From the NCBI GenBank assembly GCA_041498975.1, contig JBGQJI010000056.1, positions 1 to 14,687 on the forward strand: 14,687 bases of DNA, read 5' to 3'. This DNA is from Candidatus Methylomirabilis sp. (lineage in GTDB: Bacteria; Methylomirabilota; Methylomirabilia; Methylomirabilales; Methylomirabilaceae). The notes below the pieces were generated by a model. It worked only from the letters and a program-made list of their open reading frames with translations, was not told the origin of the DNA and ran no database searches. Below, in pieces: positions 13,629-14,687 of the stretch; within the stretch, counting starts at the first letter, position 1, and each line of letters starts with the position of its first letter. A program made the translations under genes and the position numbers.

Positions 13629-14687
13629 TCAGTCGATGTCGAGCGCCAGCAGGTAGTCGTTCAGCTCCCGTTTCTGCTTCTCCTCCGTGGCTTTCAGGGT
13701 GTCGATCTCCTTCCGGAGCTTCTCGATCTCGGTTTCCTGCTGGCCAAGCTTGCTCACATAGCGGGCGTACAACTCGGAGTTCTGCGCCAGCCTGGCCATG
13801 TTTTCTCGGATGCGCCCCTGCTCCTGGCCGATCTCCCTGATCTGCTGCTCGAGGCGACCACGATGCGCGGCCGTCTGGTCGAGATGATCTCGCAGGCCGA
13901 TGACTTTTTGGAGAGCCTCCTTCACCTTGGGGCTCACTTGCTTGGCTTGCAGGTAATAGCCGATCGCGTCGGGGCCGGAATCGATCAGTCGAACCGTTTG
14001 CAGGATCTGATTTTCCTCGCGGACGCGTAGACGAGTTCCGCTCCCGGCAGCAACAGGAACTTTGAAACGATAGACATCCCGGGTGCGCTCGGGGGGCTCG
14101 CCCGGCTCGATGAGCCGCCAGTCCGGCCGGAGGGGGTGCTCGACCAGTACGACCTTCTGCTTCTGGTCACGATTCGTCACCTGATAGGTCTTTTCATCGA
14201 TCGACTTCCGCGTGACCAGCAGGACGCCTTTGCGGAGGCTGGCAGCGACCACCTCTTCCTTTCCGGGTGGGGCTTGGGGGGCCACCTCGGTCTTAAGGTC
14301 AAGCGCATAGCTGATGAGCCGCTCCTGGCCGGGTGGCAGGCCCTCGGTTTGCGCATCGCCAGCGTAAATCCCCCCGTCGAAGACGGTGATCGGTCCCTGC
14401 GAGAGGTGCAGACCCGTGGAGTTCTTCAGCCGAAAGCCGTTCAGAGGATATTTTGCGTGCACGCGCTCATTATAGATGGAGAGCTTCTCGCCATCTATCT
14501 CCTCGCTCACGATCGGCAGCATGGCGGACTTTTGTCGCGCCAGCGAGATGGGTGTTGAGATGGTGTACCGGAACAACTCGCCCGCCTCCCTCGCGAGCGC
14601 GGCCGAGGTGACACCCTCCCCCAGCTCCACCCAGGCCGGACGCGAAGGCGCGGCCGGTAGCGGCGAGGGCATCGCGCGCTTCGCAAG
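13629..14687 (-). CDS. DUF4139-like domain protein, 5' end outside the window
   Basis: The frame is open to the window edge. ELFRYTISTPISLARQKSAMLPIV, LKNSTGLHLSQGPITVFDGGIYAGD, ERLISYALD, C-terminal coiled coil. Confidence 0.8.
   Translation of the reverse strand, partial: LAKRAMPSPLPAAPSRPAWVELGEGVTSAALAREAGELFRYTISTPISLARQKSAMLPIVSEEIDGEKLSIYNERVHAKYPLNGFRLKNSTGLHLSQGPITVFDGGIYAGDAQTEGLPPGQERLISYALDLKTEVAPQAPPGKEEVVAASLRKGVLLVTRKSIDEKTYQVTNRDQKQKVVLVEHPLRPDWRLIEPGEPPERTRDVYRFKVPVAAGSGTRLRVREENQILQTVRLIDSGPDAIGYYLQAKQVSPKVKEALQKVIGLRDHLDQTAAHRGRLEQQIREIGQEQGRIRENMARLAQNSELYARYVSKLGQQETEIEKLRKEIDTLKATEEKQKRELNDYLLALDID

Noticed and set aside
13368..14030. 220-aa plus-strand ORF
   Set aside because: Lies after the terminator and is antisense to the TlpA remnant and the DUF4139-like gene.

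Overview
GC-rich bacterial chromosomal window, possibly from an NC10/Methylomirabilota- or deltaproteobacterium-like organism (an impression only, not shown by the sequence). It has five blocks. (1) 53-3660: a tightly coupled operon of type III polyketide synthase, class I SAM methyltransferase, secreted YceI lipid-binding protein and FAD-dependent oxidoreductase, plausibly making and handling an alkylresorcinol/alkylquinone-type lipid. (2) About 3690-5720: an AT-richer accessory island with a palindromic repeat, an orphan hicB, a membrane-anchored TPR-like gene split by one in-frame TAG, an attC-like site and a cassette-like hypothetical gene. (3) 5725-7546: a haloalkane-dehalogenase/OleB-like hydrolase, an MSAD-like tautomerase, and an intergenic mosaic of nested palindromic repeats. 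(4) 7547-13348: an atypical cupredoxin lipoprotein divergent from a sigma54 response regulator, sensor kinase and lipoprotein trio, followed by a well-spaced sigma54 promoter, several small envelope/HTH genes and a terminator. (5) 13388-14687, minus strand: an unannotated TlpA-family gene remnant and the 3' part of a DUF4139-like gene. No rRNA, tRNA, CRISPR array, integrase or transposase was seen. All family calls come from motif recognition, not database searches.
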